Shown here: one piece after another, positions 10,308 through 20,010 of the stretch
Layout of the letters: the number at the start of each line of letters is the position of its first letter
Position numbering within the stretch: position 1 is the stretch's first letter
Assembly (NCBI GenBank): GCA_965198235.1
Contig: OZ240248.1
Coordinates: 2,624,001-2,688,000 of the forward strand
DNA from: Candidatus Poribacteria bacterium
GTDB lineage: Bacteria > Poribacteria > WGA-4E > WGA-3G
Direction: 5' to 3'
DNA length: 64,000 nucleotides
The notes under the pieces: generated by a model
What the model was told of the DNA's origin: nothing
Seen by the model: only the letters and a program-made list of their open reading frames with translations
Database searches by the model: none
Position numbers and translations under genes: made by a program

Positions 10308-11363
10308 CTATGGTGACAGTATTTCAATGGCGCGGCGTTCCGTGGTTGCTTTACGTGCGGCTTCGATAATTGCGAGATTGTGATACGCTTTCTCTGCAGG
10401 CACCGGTAGTGCTGTGTTCGCCGCAAGTGCGTTGAAGGTCTCTGTGAAATAGCGGACATGTCCACTTGCGTCCTGCTGTTCTGCTTCATTAAATTCAGAG
10501 AGTTCCAGTTGTTTCCATCCGTCTGCCCGTGTGAAACGCCGGAGTGCATCCTCCACATTTCGGCGGTGTTGGACGCGTAGAGAGCCGTTTTCAGCGTGCA
10601 TCTCGCACCAGCCGGAATCCGTACCAGGCACACACCACGCCCCTGAAACCGTTGTGACAGCCCCGTTTTCATGTTCACACAGTAGCATCGCGATGTCGTC
10701 AACGTCAATGTCAAGTCGTAACGTTTGCACGCGTGCCTCAACGTAACACACCGGGGATCGCATCAGCGTACAGACGGAATAAATTTCATGGTAACTTGTG
10801 TCAATGATACAACCACCGCCTTTCGCTTTGCTGGCGCGCCACGCGAACGCTGGAGTCGGATGATCCGCTGAGAAATCTGTCGGTTTCAGCCCCATTCCAA
10901 CACTTCGTCCGAAGTGCGATTCACCCAAGGCATCCAGTTCTGTCATCGCCGATCGCATCCCAGCGGTAAAGATGTAGTTATGTACCACTGTATAGGGGAC
11001 GCTGTTACGACGGACTGCCTCCAGAATTTTATCCGCCTCTTCTAACGTCGTCGCCATCGGTTTTTCAGAGATAATAGCTACGTCTGCTCCTGCTGCTTCT
11101 ATTACCTGCTCGGCGTGAAGTGAGTGCGGTGTGGCAACGGTCACCGCGTCGATTGTTGCGTGTTCCAGCATGTCTCGATAATCTGCATATCGGTTTTCTG
11201 TAGGCACGCTGAACATGTCTCCAATCTTTTGCAAATTCGCCGGGACAATATCCGCGAGTGCAGTAACCTTAACAGTATCTGGGAGGGAGCGGTAGGCACG
11301 GGCATGCGTATTTTGCACAATACCCCCACAGCCAATCAGTCCTAAGCGGATCGGTTTTTTCAT
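10308..11363 (-). CDS. Gfo/Idh/MocA family oxidoreductase
   Basis: GLIGCGGI, ATPHSLH, SEKPMA, GGGCIID; AGGAG Shine-Dalgarno before ATG 11363. Confidence 0.88.
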   Translation of the reverse strand: MKKPIRLGLIGCGGIVQNTHARAYRSLPDTVKVTALADIVPANLQKIGDMFSVPTENRYADYRDMLEHATIDAVTVATPHSLHAEQVIEAAGADVAIISEKPMATTLEEADKILEAVRRNSVPYTVVHNYIFTAGMRSAMTELDALGESHFGRSVGMGLKPTDFSADHPTPAFAWRASKAKGGGCIIDTSYHEIYSVCTLMRSPVCYVEARVQTLRLDIDVDDIAMLLCEHENGAVTTVSGAWCVPGTDSGWCEMHAENGSLRVQHRRNVEDALRRFTRADGWKQLELSEFNEAEQQDASGHVRYFTETFNALAANTALPVPAEKAYHNLAIIEAARKATTERRAIEILSP

Positions 11364-11402
11364 TGTATATCTCCTTTGTATAGAGTTTAGCATATTTTTT
11401 AT

Positions 11403-11533
11403 TATAGTGAAATCCAAAAATATGTTTACACTTGTAGCATAGGAAACCGTTGGTCTCCTGTGCCAGCGTGAGCCGCAACTTCATAGTTCGCACTACGATA
11501 CGAGTGTCCAAAGTAATTACGGAATCTACTATA
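11403..11533. mobile_element. MITE family B copy 2
   Basis: tatagtgaaatccaaaaatatgtttacacttgtag ... gtgtccaaagtaattacggaatctactata. Confidence 0.75.
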
Positions 11534-11591
11534 ATGTCAAATTCTTTGCGCGGCTTGATGTGGGCATTTGGTTTCCTCACTCTTTCTCCGC

Positions 11592-11978
11592 TCCATTCCT
11601 TGTATTACATTTCCATTCCTTGTATTACATTGCAAAAACCCCAAGCAAAAACACCGCACCGAGCATGGTTGGGACATTACCGAATTGAATTGTTAATCTT
11701 CATGCAACCGCCCCAGTGTTTATCTGAATCGCGGATTATCGCAGATGACGCAGATTTCGCGGATTTTAAGAGTTTGTCGCGTTGTGATTTTTGAGTCCTG
11801 TAGGGGTCGGATGTTTAGAATCTCGGTTCTTTGATGGCGGGGTTTCGCTGTTTGTAGTAGGGCAATTTATTGTCCGTCCGTTGGATCTATAGATATCTGA
11901 TGCCTCTCCGCTGCTGACGAGATTTGAAACCTTGCCGATTCCCCAGGCCCGGTAGGTGCGGTTTCCCAACCGCACCGA
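11592..11978. repeat. Intergenic repeat mosaic: 20-bp tandem duplication, G/T micro-element, 9-10-mer tandem, several GTAG REPs
   Basis: tccattccttgtattacatt x2 (11592-11631); ccccaagcaaaaacacc (about 11639-11655); (cgcrgat) units 11729-11765; gtagtagggcaatttattgtcc at about 11855; gtaggtgcggtttcccaaccgcaccg at about 11952-11977. Confidence 0.7.
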
Positions 11979-12045
11979 ATATCATTAGAACCTTAGTGGG
12001 ACTCGCGACTTTCCTTGATTGTTTAGGTTAAATGTGCTACTATTT

Positions 12046-12201
12046 TAACCCAAGTTGCTACTCACAAATTTTGGACATTTCAACAAGGTTTTCAGGCACT
12101 TTCCCACCCCGTAGGGGTGATATGTCTATAGAAAATCGTGTTGTCAAAACACTGCACTCCAGCGGAGTGCTATGTCTATAAAAAAGGGGCAACTTGCGTT
12201 A
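12046..12201. mobile_element. MITE family C copy 1 (TIR TAACCCAAGTTGC) carrying a CTCCAGCGGAG hairpin doublet
   Basis: taacccaagttgc ... gcaacttgcgtta, with tatttta repeated at both junctions. Confidence 0.72.
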
Positions 12202-12379
12202 TTTTAATAAGCAATGATATGTTTAATCGCTCCAAAATCCATTTTGAGGACAAGTAGAGGAATATAGGAGGAACATAGCAGCTTTTCAACACGCTATTAA
12301 TAACTATACTGAAACTATCAAATTCTTGAAAAATGCCCTCTAACATAGCGGAAGGAAGGACTGATAAGTTAGCACGACT

Positions 12380-13409
12380 ATGACTGTTATTGATGAGAAA
12401 TACCTTAACAAGCTCAGTAAATTTCCTAGTGGCTGTGCATTTCGTGGACAAGTTAAAAGCAAATGGCTGTTACATTCTGGGGCTACCCGTCGCCTGATTA
12501 AGTATTATTCTGAAGATGTTACGCAAAATCCTAGTTTCTCGCAGATTTACGTGAACTATCATAGTGCTGTGCTTATAAACCCTGCCCATACGAACGGATT
12601 TGACATTGATGATGGCCATCAAGTTTCTGACCTGCAACTTCTGGCAAAACTACAACACTTTGAGGCAGCAACGGGGTTACTTGACTTTACATGGAACCCT
12701 TTAGTTGCATTATGGTTTGCATGTAAAGATAATGATAATTGTGACGGAAAGGTTTTTGTTGCTGATTTGAGAAATCCGATAACGTTTCAACAAGTCTCTA
12801 ATGAAACGGAAAAACAAAGCGTTGAAGCAATCTTTTTGCCCAATAGTGATGTCGGCAAACTACTATACTGGGAAGCAAAGATTCATGGCGAAGCTGCCGC
12901 AAGAATTTTGCGACAACGTAGTGTGTTCGTCATTGATCGCCCGTTGATTCTCGAAGATGTCGTAGATTACATAGAAATTAAGGCATCGGACAAAGCCTTG
13001 ATCAGAAAAGAACTTGAAGATATATTTGATATTAGCGCGTGGACTCTATTTATGGATATACACGGTTTTTCGCTACGTAGTGTTTTTAGGGCGTTTCAAC
13101 GAAGCCTTTCGGTGTTATAACAAAGCAATAAGAGCAGAAAATGACAATGCAGGGGTTGCTAACAACCATGGAGGAACAGCACAAATCCTCAATATGATTG
13201 ATGGCGCAGAATACAAAAGTCATTTTGCGCAGGATAAACCTCCTTCTGCTGTGTATGTACAGGTTGCTAGAGACAATTTGTCAGAGAGAATCTTTGTTTT
13301 CACTGGCAACAAGGGAAACACAGGGAACTTTGGCTATATTTCGTCCGGAGGTCAAGGATTTGATGGTGGGAACCCCTTTCTTATCAAAGTAAGCAGTCAG
13401 CAAGGTTAA
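12380..13409 (+). pseudogene. FRG domain protein with out-of-frame TPR/C-terminal remnant
   Basis: AFRGQ, LQHF..ATGLLDFTWNPLVALWFAC, RILRQRSVF in 12380-13120; TPR-like GRFNEAFRCYNKAI in another frame (13014-13409); AT-rich. Confidence 0.7.
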
Positions 13410-13606
13410 TTCAGAAGTGAATTTGGAAAGTGAAGTGGAAAAATCTGACTATCGGAGAATGCGACAAAAGGGTGTGGTTTGGGTAAGATATTAAGTTAAA
13501 TCCAATTTATCATTACGTGTTTCACGGAGAAAGGATATATTGAATCTCAGAAACCCGCGTACCATCTGACCTGAAAAAATCCTCCGTGAACCCTCCGTGA
13601 ATTGTC

Positions 13607-16600
13607 CTATAATAGTGGCAAATTTTTGACAATCTCCACCGTTTTCAGACTCACCGTGATAACACGTCCAATCAAATCCACAATATACTGCGGCTGATCC
13701 GCACGGTTCGGGTCATTCACGATCCCACTCCGTTTGTCTACTTTGACGCGATACTGATCCACCACCCATTCCACCGCAGAACGCGTGCCTAACCGATACT
13801 CATACACCTCCGCAGGGATACCATCCAGCGTCAGGAAGTCGTTGTATTTCAACTGCGTTTTGTCTTTGGAGAGTTTCATCTTTTCGACACGCCAATCTAT
13901 CGGTATACCGGGAGTTTCAATATATTTCAGTTCATCGTCCTTCGGAGCGGATTCATAGTTGACGTGGATATCTGCTAACTGTGCACCTGCAGTGGCGAAC
14001 CCCCAGAAATCTTCAGCGAAGGGGATATGCGGTAGGTCGCGCTTGAGATTCGCCTGATACTTTTCGCGATACTCGGGATGGTGTAAGAGCGCGTAGGTAT
14101 AGTGGAAGATGTCCCATTTGGTGATAGCATCGTCTCCGTAGTGATTTTGAAACGCCGCTAATGCCCAATCGGTGATATTCTCTTGTCGATTTGTGCCATC
14201 CTCATCGTAGGTGTAAAAGGGAAAGGATTGTTGTGGGTCGCCATAGAGATTCACATCGGGAATACATTGGCTCATCAACACGGCAAACTCTTTCCGACCA
14301 TAGCCTCCGACGCAAATTACTTGGTTCTCCGACTCTGTTACTGATCTTGGAAAGATTGAAGGAAACACATGGACATCATTGTTTATTGTCCGATCAAAAT
14401 AAAGATTTAATTTAGTAAATGGGCGATAGAGAGATGTCTTCACCTTGCGTTCCGCATATTCAACAATTACCCCTCGTTTTAACTTTACCTTTAGGTCCCG
14501 ACTCCAACTAACTTTCGTGTCATCATAAGCGACAAAATCATCAACGTTGATTTCCCTCTGATTTTCCTGCCGTTTCCACCTATCTACCTCTGTGTTGTAG
14601 GTTTCACTCATGCGCAGAATGTTCTCAGTAAGGACCTTTCGATTAAAGTTGTAAGCCCAGGCATCACGATTGGTTTTTACACCGTTGCTGTAGGTCTTGA
14701 AAATCACATCTGCTGCTATGCCTTTTATTCCCTTTGCTTCCTTAGTTCCCATCGGAGTAAAAGTGTCAAACTCAGCATGAAGTCCGTCGGTGAGCCACGT
14801 ATGTCGCGCGTCAGGTTGAATCGTCTGCCACACAATATTATCTGTATCTTGGGATTCGTTCAAAAAATCGAATTTCTGTCTCTTGTTCCACTTTTCATCA
14901 GTACGATAGTAAAAGATTTGGGAGGAGTTTGATGATTTTCTTCCCTTTTTCACAAAAAAATTAATGCTCACGCCGACCCGAATTCTGAATACGTTCGCGT
15001 CAGAAACTTTCAATCCCTTCCGTGCGTTCCCGCCTAAATCAAGAATGTAAATCGCGTCAAAATCGTTCATGAGATGTTTCCGCATCCCGTCAAATGCCAG
15101 ACCATCAAGAAAACTATTGTTGGTCACAAAGGCAACAACTCCTTCGGTCCCAATCCGTTTTGATGCCCAAAGAATTGCCTTTACATACGGATCTGAGAGT
15201 GCGTTTTTATTGGTCGCTTTTGAGGCTTGCGAATACGTTTCCTGCACGAGCGTGTCCATCATCTCGTACTTCCGATTCTTGTTGTTGTCATTTTGGTTAA
15301 CTTGTTTCGCGTTGTAGGGCGGATTGCCGATAACGACAAACATATCCGTCGCCTTCTGCTTTTTCACACGTTCTGTGTTTTCCTGCGTGAAGAGTTCTAT
15401 TTGTCGGTCCTCCAGCAGCTCAAACGTGTCCGCAAGTGCGATCCCGTCAAACGGCAGATACGTCCCCGTCCGTTGAAAATACTCCTGCTCGATGTTAAGA
15501 CTTGCGATGTAGTAGGGCAATAACAGAATCTCGTTGCAATGCAGCTCGTGACGGTATTTCTCTTCAAATGTTGTCGCTTGGATGTCCTGCATGAGCCGGA
15601 CGATGAAGTTGCCGGTGCCGACGAACGGATCAATGATATGAACGCCGATATCCGACAGCGACCGGTCGAACTCGGTTTCCAAAATCTGTTCAACACTGTT
15701 CACCATGAAATCAACGATCGGCTGCGGGGTGTAGACGATGCCGTGAGTGTCCGCCACCTTAACGGAAAATCCCTGAAAAAACTGCTCGTAGACGGTATTG
15801 AGAAATTGCTGTTTTTGGGAGAAGTCTTTGCAGAGCAAAGCTGCTTGTTCAATGGCGAGATAGAACGGGTCCAGTTCTCTGAGGAACGCGTCGCGACTAT
15901 ACGTCTGTCCGATAAGCACTTCAATGACCTTTTCAATTTCGCGTGCGATGATATTTCGGCGGGTGAAATCCGGATTATTGAAAACAGTACGAAAGATGCG
16001 TTCGGTGAGCAGGTGTTGGATGAGCATCTCCTCAACAGCAGTTTTAGAGAGGTTCGGATTGATTGCGGCGCGGCACTGTTGATAAAAATCTGTGAAAACG
16101 GTGACAAATTGTGGGTTCGTCTCGTGTTGTTCCGCTATGAGTTCTGCGGCTTTTCTACCGAGGGTGGGAACCTTCTCTTTAAATTCGGCGACGGCAGCGT
16201 GCCAGTTTGTGAGCGCAGCGGGTGGCACGGCGAAAAGGTGTTGGAGTGCCGTAATCAGGCGTGTTGGATCGGTAATGTCTACGTCAAAAACCTGCTCCCC
16301 GTTTTGATAGAGAATGCCGTGCTGTGGATTTTGGAAAAAAATGTTATCAAGCGGATAACCCGCTTCACGTTTCTCCTGCACGGCTTTGTAGAGGTTATCG
16401 TCTATATCTTTCGCTTCCCAGTAGGCGAACGGGAGTCCGTATGTGTCGAGTATCACGCCGTCGAGAACGATACGGTTGCCCGATGGCGCGCGCATCGCGA
16501 ATTGTGGAATCAGGGTAGCATCCACCTGTTTTGCACAGACGGTAAGCAGCGTTTCAAAAGGGGAACTGACAGCACCTTCGTGTGTGATGTCGTGCCTATT

Positions 16601-16669
16601 ATATTGCTGCAGCGTGGCGTAGTAGTCTCGGACTGCTTTGTGGCTGGGTTTGAGATTGAGTTGTGGCAT
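13607..16669 (-). CDS. Single-chain restriction-modification enzyme (N6-adenine MTase, N-terminal PD-(D/E)XK nuclease, type ISP-like specificity domain, no helicase)
   Basis: LDG...WEAK nuclease motif; GIVYTP, DPFVGTGNF (motif I), GNPPY (motif IV); C-terminal YRPF, YALLHHPEYR, EWVVDQY. Confidence 0.85.
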   Translation of the reverse strand: MPQLNLKPSHKAVRDYYATLQQYNRHDITHEGAVSSPFETLLTVCAKQVDATLIPQFAMRAPSGNRIVLDGVILDTYGLPFAYWEAKDIDDNLYKAVQEKREAGYPLDNIFFQNPQHGILYQNGEQVFDVDITDPTRLITALQHLFAVPPAALTNWHAAVAEFKEKVPTLGRKAAELIAEQHETNPQFVTVFTDFYQQCRAAINPNLSKTAVEEMLIQHLLTERIFRTVFNNPDFTRRNIIAREIEKVIEVLIGQTYSRDAFLRELDPFYLAIEQAALLCKDFSQKQQFLNTVYEQFFQGFSVKVADTHGIVYTPQPIVDFMVNSVEQILETEFDRSLSDIGVHIIDPFVGTGNFIVRLMQDIQATTFEEKYRHELHCNEILLLPYYIASLNIEQEYFQRTGTYLPFDGIALADTFELLEDRQIELFTQENTERVKKQKATDMFVVIGNPPYNAKQVNQNDNNKNRKYEMMDTLVQETYSQASKATNKNALSDPYVKAILWASKRIGTEGVVAFVTNNSFLDGLAFDGMRKHLMNDFDAIYILDLGGNARKGLKVSDANVFRIRVGVSINFFVKKGRKSSNSSQIFYYRTDEKWNKRQKFDFLNESQDTDNIVWQTIQPDARHTWLTDGLHAEFDTFTPMGTKEAKGIKGIAADVIFKTYSNGVKTNRDAWAYNFNRKVLTENILRMSETYNTEVDRWKRQENQREINVDDFVAYDDTKVSWSRDLKVKLKRGVIVEYAERKVKTSLYRPFTKLNLYFDRTINNDVHVFPSIFPRSVTESENQVICVGGYGRKEFAVLMSQCIPDVNLYGDPQQSFPFYTYDEDGTNRQENITDWALAAFQNHYGDDAITKWDIFHYTYALLHHPEYREKYQANLKRDLPHIPFAEDFWGFATAGAQLADIHVNYESAPKDDELKYIETPGIPIDWRVEKMKLSKDKTQLKYNDFLTLDGIPAEVYEYRLGTRSAVEWVVDQYRVKVDKRSGIVNDPNRADQPQYIVDLIGRVITVSLKTVEIVKNLPLL

Positions 16670-16713
16670 GGGGTATCGTAGCAGGTTTTTGCGATAGGTT
16701 CAGAAGCGAACGT

Positions 16714-16971
16714 TTAGGTCAACAGGGCAATAAGAGCTATAATTGCGGCTCCAACGGCAGTACATACAGTCAGGACAGTTAACACTTTATTGCTGCCTTC
16801 TTGCTTACTTTCCAGTTTTCTCTTTATCCATCCCACATCGCGTTCCAAAACCCCTACGCGAGTGTCCAGAGAATCAAGACGTTTTTCCAAACGGGCATTG
16901 TTTTCTCTCGCTTGTGTCTCGATCCGTGACAAAGTTTCGAGAACCCTTTCCCGGAAATCTTGATTAGCCAT
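16714..16971 (-). CDS. Small coiled-coil protein with C-terminal transmembrane helix
   Basis: MANQDFRERVLETLSRIE...RLDSLDTRVGVLERDV...VLTVCTAVGAAIIALIALLT; AGGAG Shine-Dalgarno upstream. Confidence 0.7.
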   Translation of the reverse strand: MANQDFRERVLETLSRIETQARENNARLEKRLDSLDTRVGVLERDVGWIKRKLESKQEGSNKVLTVLTVCTAVGAAIIALIALLT

Positions 16972-17175
16972 TTTGATATCTCCTGTGTTCTGTGTGATGT
17001 CTTTTACCAAAGTATACCACAAATATAGGCCGAAATCAACAAAAAAGGAGGCAGAGTTTCCTCGCAAAATCCGAATGATTTTTGTCACACCTCTTTCTAC
17101 GAAATATGATATAATGCATTCAATAAAGCAATGTGTCCAAGTCTTGCCAATCAAAAAAGTGGAAAGGAATTCAAT

Positions 17176-18654
17176 ATGAGCCAAGAAGAAAAAAAAGAAT
17201 CTGAAGAGACGAAGGATGAGGAGAAAAATCCCGATATACCTGAAGATAAACTCTCGGTTACGCATCACAGCGTTACCATTAATGGCGAAGAGATGCGTTA
17301 CACCGCCACAGCGGGAACACTCGTTCTGAAAGAGGAGATCGACAAGGAGGGCGAGAAGCCGAAAGCCTCCGTTTTCTTTATTGCCTATACGCGTGACGAT
17401 GTGGAAGATACATCCAAACGTCCGATAACGTTCTCCTTCAACGGGGGTCCCGGATCTTCATCAGTGTGGTTACATTTAGGTGTCCTGGGACCGCGGTGTG
17501 TCAAGTCTGATGAAGATGACGAATTGCCGCATCCGCCGTATCAATTGACCAATAACGAATGTTCTATTTTAGACAAAACGGATCTCGTTTTCATCGATCC
17601 CGTCAGCACTGGGTTCAGCAGAGCGGTACCCGGTGAAGAAGCGAAACAATTCCACGGCTTCAAGAGGGATATTGAATCGGTTGGCGATTTTATTCTGCTC
17701 TATTTGGGACGCTACAAACGGTGGGGATCGCCCAAACTCCTCATCGGTGAAAGTTATGGAACAACGCGGGCTGGCGGACTGGCGGGTTATCTTCAGGGAC
17801 GGCACGGTGCCTATCTCAACGCCATCATGCTTGTTTCGGTCGTGCTTAACTTCCAGACAATCCGATTTGCCCCCGGTAACGATCTTCCTTATATTCTCTA
17901 TCTACCTACTTATGCAGCGACTGCACGTTATCATGACAAATTAAGCGAAATTGATGCCCAATTTGAATCGTTCATGGACGAGGTAAGGGCGTTCGCTATG
18001 GGTGATTACACCATCGCTTTGATGCAGGGTGATGCTGTGCCCCCAGATCAACGCGCGAACATCGTTCAACAACTCGCGAAGTATACCGGGCTTACACCGG
18101 AATATATTGAGCGAACGGACATACGGATTAACATTATGCGGTTTTGCAAGGAGTTGCTCCGGGATGAAGGTCGCACGGTTGGGCGTTTTGATAGCCGATA
18201 CAAGGGAATCGACCGCGATTCAGCAGGTGAAACTTACGAATACGATCCGAGTTCCGCAGTCGTGCAAGGCGCGTATACCGCCGCTCTCAACGCTTATGTC
18301 CGAGATGAACTGGAATTTGAGTCCGACCTACCGTATGAGATATTGAGCCGACGTGTTCATCCATGGGACTACAGCGACCATCAGAACGAATACGTCAACG
18401 TTGCCGATACACTCCGCGCGGCGATGACCATGAATCCTGCCTTGAAAGTCTTTGTTGCAAACGGCTATTACGACTTAGCAACACCTTTTCTCGCATCAGA
18501 GTATACCTTCAGCCACCTTGGACTCGATAAATCTTTGCAGGATAACATCACGATGGCTTACTATCAGGCTGGACACATGATGTACATAGACCAGGCGGAA
18601 TTGCGTAAGATGAAAGACGATTTGGATGCGTTCCTTGACGACGTACTTTCGTAA
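17176..18654 (+). CDS. Serine carboxypeptidase, peptidase S10 family
   Basis: FNGGPGSSS, DLVFIDPVSTGFS, GESYG, GYYDLATP, AGHMMY. Confidence 0.92.
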   Translation: MSQEEKKESEETKDEEKNPDIPEDKLSVTHHSVTINGEEMRYTATAGTLVLKEEIDKEGEKPKASVFFIAYTRDDVEDTSKRPITFSFNGGPGSSSVWLHLGVLGPRCVKSDEDDELPHPPYQLTNNECSILDKTDLVFIDPVSTGFSRAVPGEEAKQFHGFKRDIESVGDFILLYLGRYKRWGSPKLLIGESYGTTRAGGLAGYLQGRHGAYLNAIMLVSVVLNFQTIRFAPGNDLPYILYLPTYAATARYHDKLSEIDAQFESFMDEVRAFAMGDYTIALMQGDAVPPDQRANIVQQLAKYTGLTPEYIERTDIRINIMRFCKELLRDEGRTVGRFDSRYKGIDRDSAGETYEYDPSSAVVQGAYTAALNAYVRDELEFESDLPYEILSRRVHPWDYSDHQNEYVNVADTLRAAMTMNPALKVFVANGYYDLATPFLASEYTFSHLGLDKSLQDNITMAYYQAGHMMYIDQAELRKMKDDLDAFLDDVLS

Positions 18655-18661
18655 CCCCTAC

Positions 18662-18914
18662 GCCTTAACCGCGAGGTAAATTAAGGGATCAGACGAAATT
18701 AGTCCTAAGTGCGTAGCTTGAAACGAAGTGGAAAGCGGGTTTGTGGGAAGGAACGTCAAATCCACAACCGCTGTGCCTTAACCGCAAGGTAAATTAGAGA
18801 ATCAGATGAAATTAGCCGTAAGTGCGTAGCTTGAAACGAAGTGGAAAGCGGGTCTACGGGAAGGAACATCAAATCCCCAGTTCGCCTGACCGAACCGCAA
18901 GGTAAATTAAAAAA
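18662..18914 (+). repeat. 113-bp tandem repeat (about 2.2 copies) filling the intergenic space up to ATG 18915
   Basis: aaccgc(g/a)aggtaaatta at 18667, 18780 and 18893; units share taagtgcgtagcttgaaacgaagtggaaagcgggt. Confidence 0.88.
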
Positions 18915-19958
18915 ATGAGTTATCAGAGAGAATTTGAGAAAAGGCTGAACGTTGCTGTCGTCGGTGTCGGTTCACACGGTTATCGCAACGTTCTGCCGAC
19001 GCTAACCTTTCTCCCGATTCGGCTCAAAGCGTTCTGTGACCTTGATATTGACCGTGCCCGCGTCACTGCCGAACAATACGGTGTTCAGGCGTGCTATCCG
19101 AGTATGGCGGAGATGCTCCGCAACGAAGAATTGGACGCGATCTTTCTCTGCGCACCGCCGCGTCTACACCCTGAATTAACCTGTGAAGCGTTAGACGCCG
19201 GTATGCATGTCTGGATGGAAAAGCCGCCCGGAATGTTTGCTGACGAGGTCTCAGAGATGATCCGTCACCGAAAGGATCGCGTCGTGGTTGTCGGGTTCAA
19301 AAAGGCTTTCATGCCTGCCACGCAGAAGATTATCGAAATCTTCGCAACCGATGAATACGGTCCCTTACGGAGCATTTTGGGGGTCTATCCGATGACGATT
19401 TCAGAGGATGGGAAGCGTGTGCTACGCGAGAAACAGCATACGAATTGGCTCCAAAACGGGTGTCATCCACTGTCTCTGTTTGTCGCAGTCGGCGGGAAGG
19501 TTTCAGCGGTGACCGTTCGCCGGGGGCAACGGGGTGGTGGCGCGTGTATCTTGGAGTACGAAAGTGGAGCACTCGGAAACTTTCATTTAGCGGATGGCGC
19601 GAGGCATGGACAGCCTTCTGAACTTTATCAATTCTTCGGTGATGGATGCCACGCCGAAATTCGGAACAGCACGCGAGTTGTACTCCAGCGTGGCATATCC
19701 TTCAATTATAGCGGCAGCACCAGTTATGTCCCTGAAGGTTTTGACAGTGGGGCTATCGTCTGGGAGCCACAAAACAGCCTCGGCACCCTCGAAAACAAAG
19801 GGCTTTTCATACAAGGCTTCTACCAAGAGATGCGATATTTCTGTGACTGTATTCTGGAGGGCAAACCCGCAGCGCAAGGGTCGCTTGAATTTGCACTGGA
19901 AGTGATGAAGGTTTATGAGGCGGGACTCCGTTCAGAAGGCGAAACCGTTCCTGTTTGA
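18915..19958 (+). CDS. Gfo/Idh/MocA family oxidoreductase
   Basis: [23 protein letters not shown]. Confidence 0.85.
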   Translation: MSYQREFEKRLNVAVVGVGSHGYRNVLPTLTFLPIRLKAFCDLDIDRARVTAEQYGVQACYPSMAEMLRNEELDAIFLCAPPRLHPELTCEALDAGMHVWMEKPPGMFADEVSEMIRHRKDRVVVVGFKKAFMPATQKIIEIFATDEYGPLRSILGVYPMTISEDGKRVLREKQHTNWLQNGCHPLSLFVAVGGKVSAVTVRRGQRGGGACILEYESGALGNFHLADGARHGQPSELYQFFGDGCHAEIRNSTRVVLQRGISFNYSGSTSYVPEGFDSGAIVWEPQNSLGTLENKGLFIQGFYQEMRYFCDCILEGKPAAQGSLEFALEVMKVYEAGLRSEGETVPV

Positions 19959-20010
19959 TGAGGTCGATTGAACAGGTAGCGAATGCTTTTAGTATTCCTT
20001 TGGATGAAAA

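Noticed and set aside
15539-16681. 380-aa plus-strand ORF
   Set aside because: It is an antisense shadow of the R-M gene with no motifs; the same applies to most short overlapping ORFs in the track.
16683-16698. Additional micro-element copy (aggtttttgcgatagg)
   Set aside because: Only a partial match with no GGGTGTTT core; it could be chance.
18662-18914. CRISPR array
   Set aside because: Units are homologous over nearly all 113 bp, there are no unique 30-40 nt spacers, only about 2 copies exist, and no cas genes are present.
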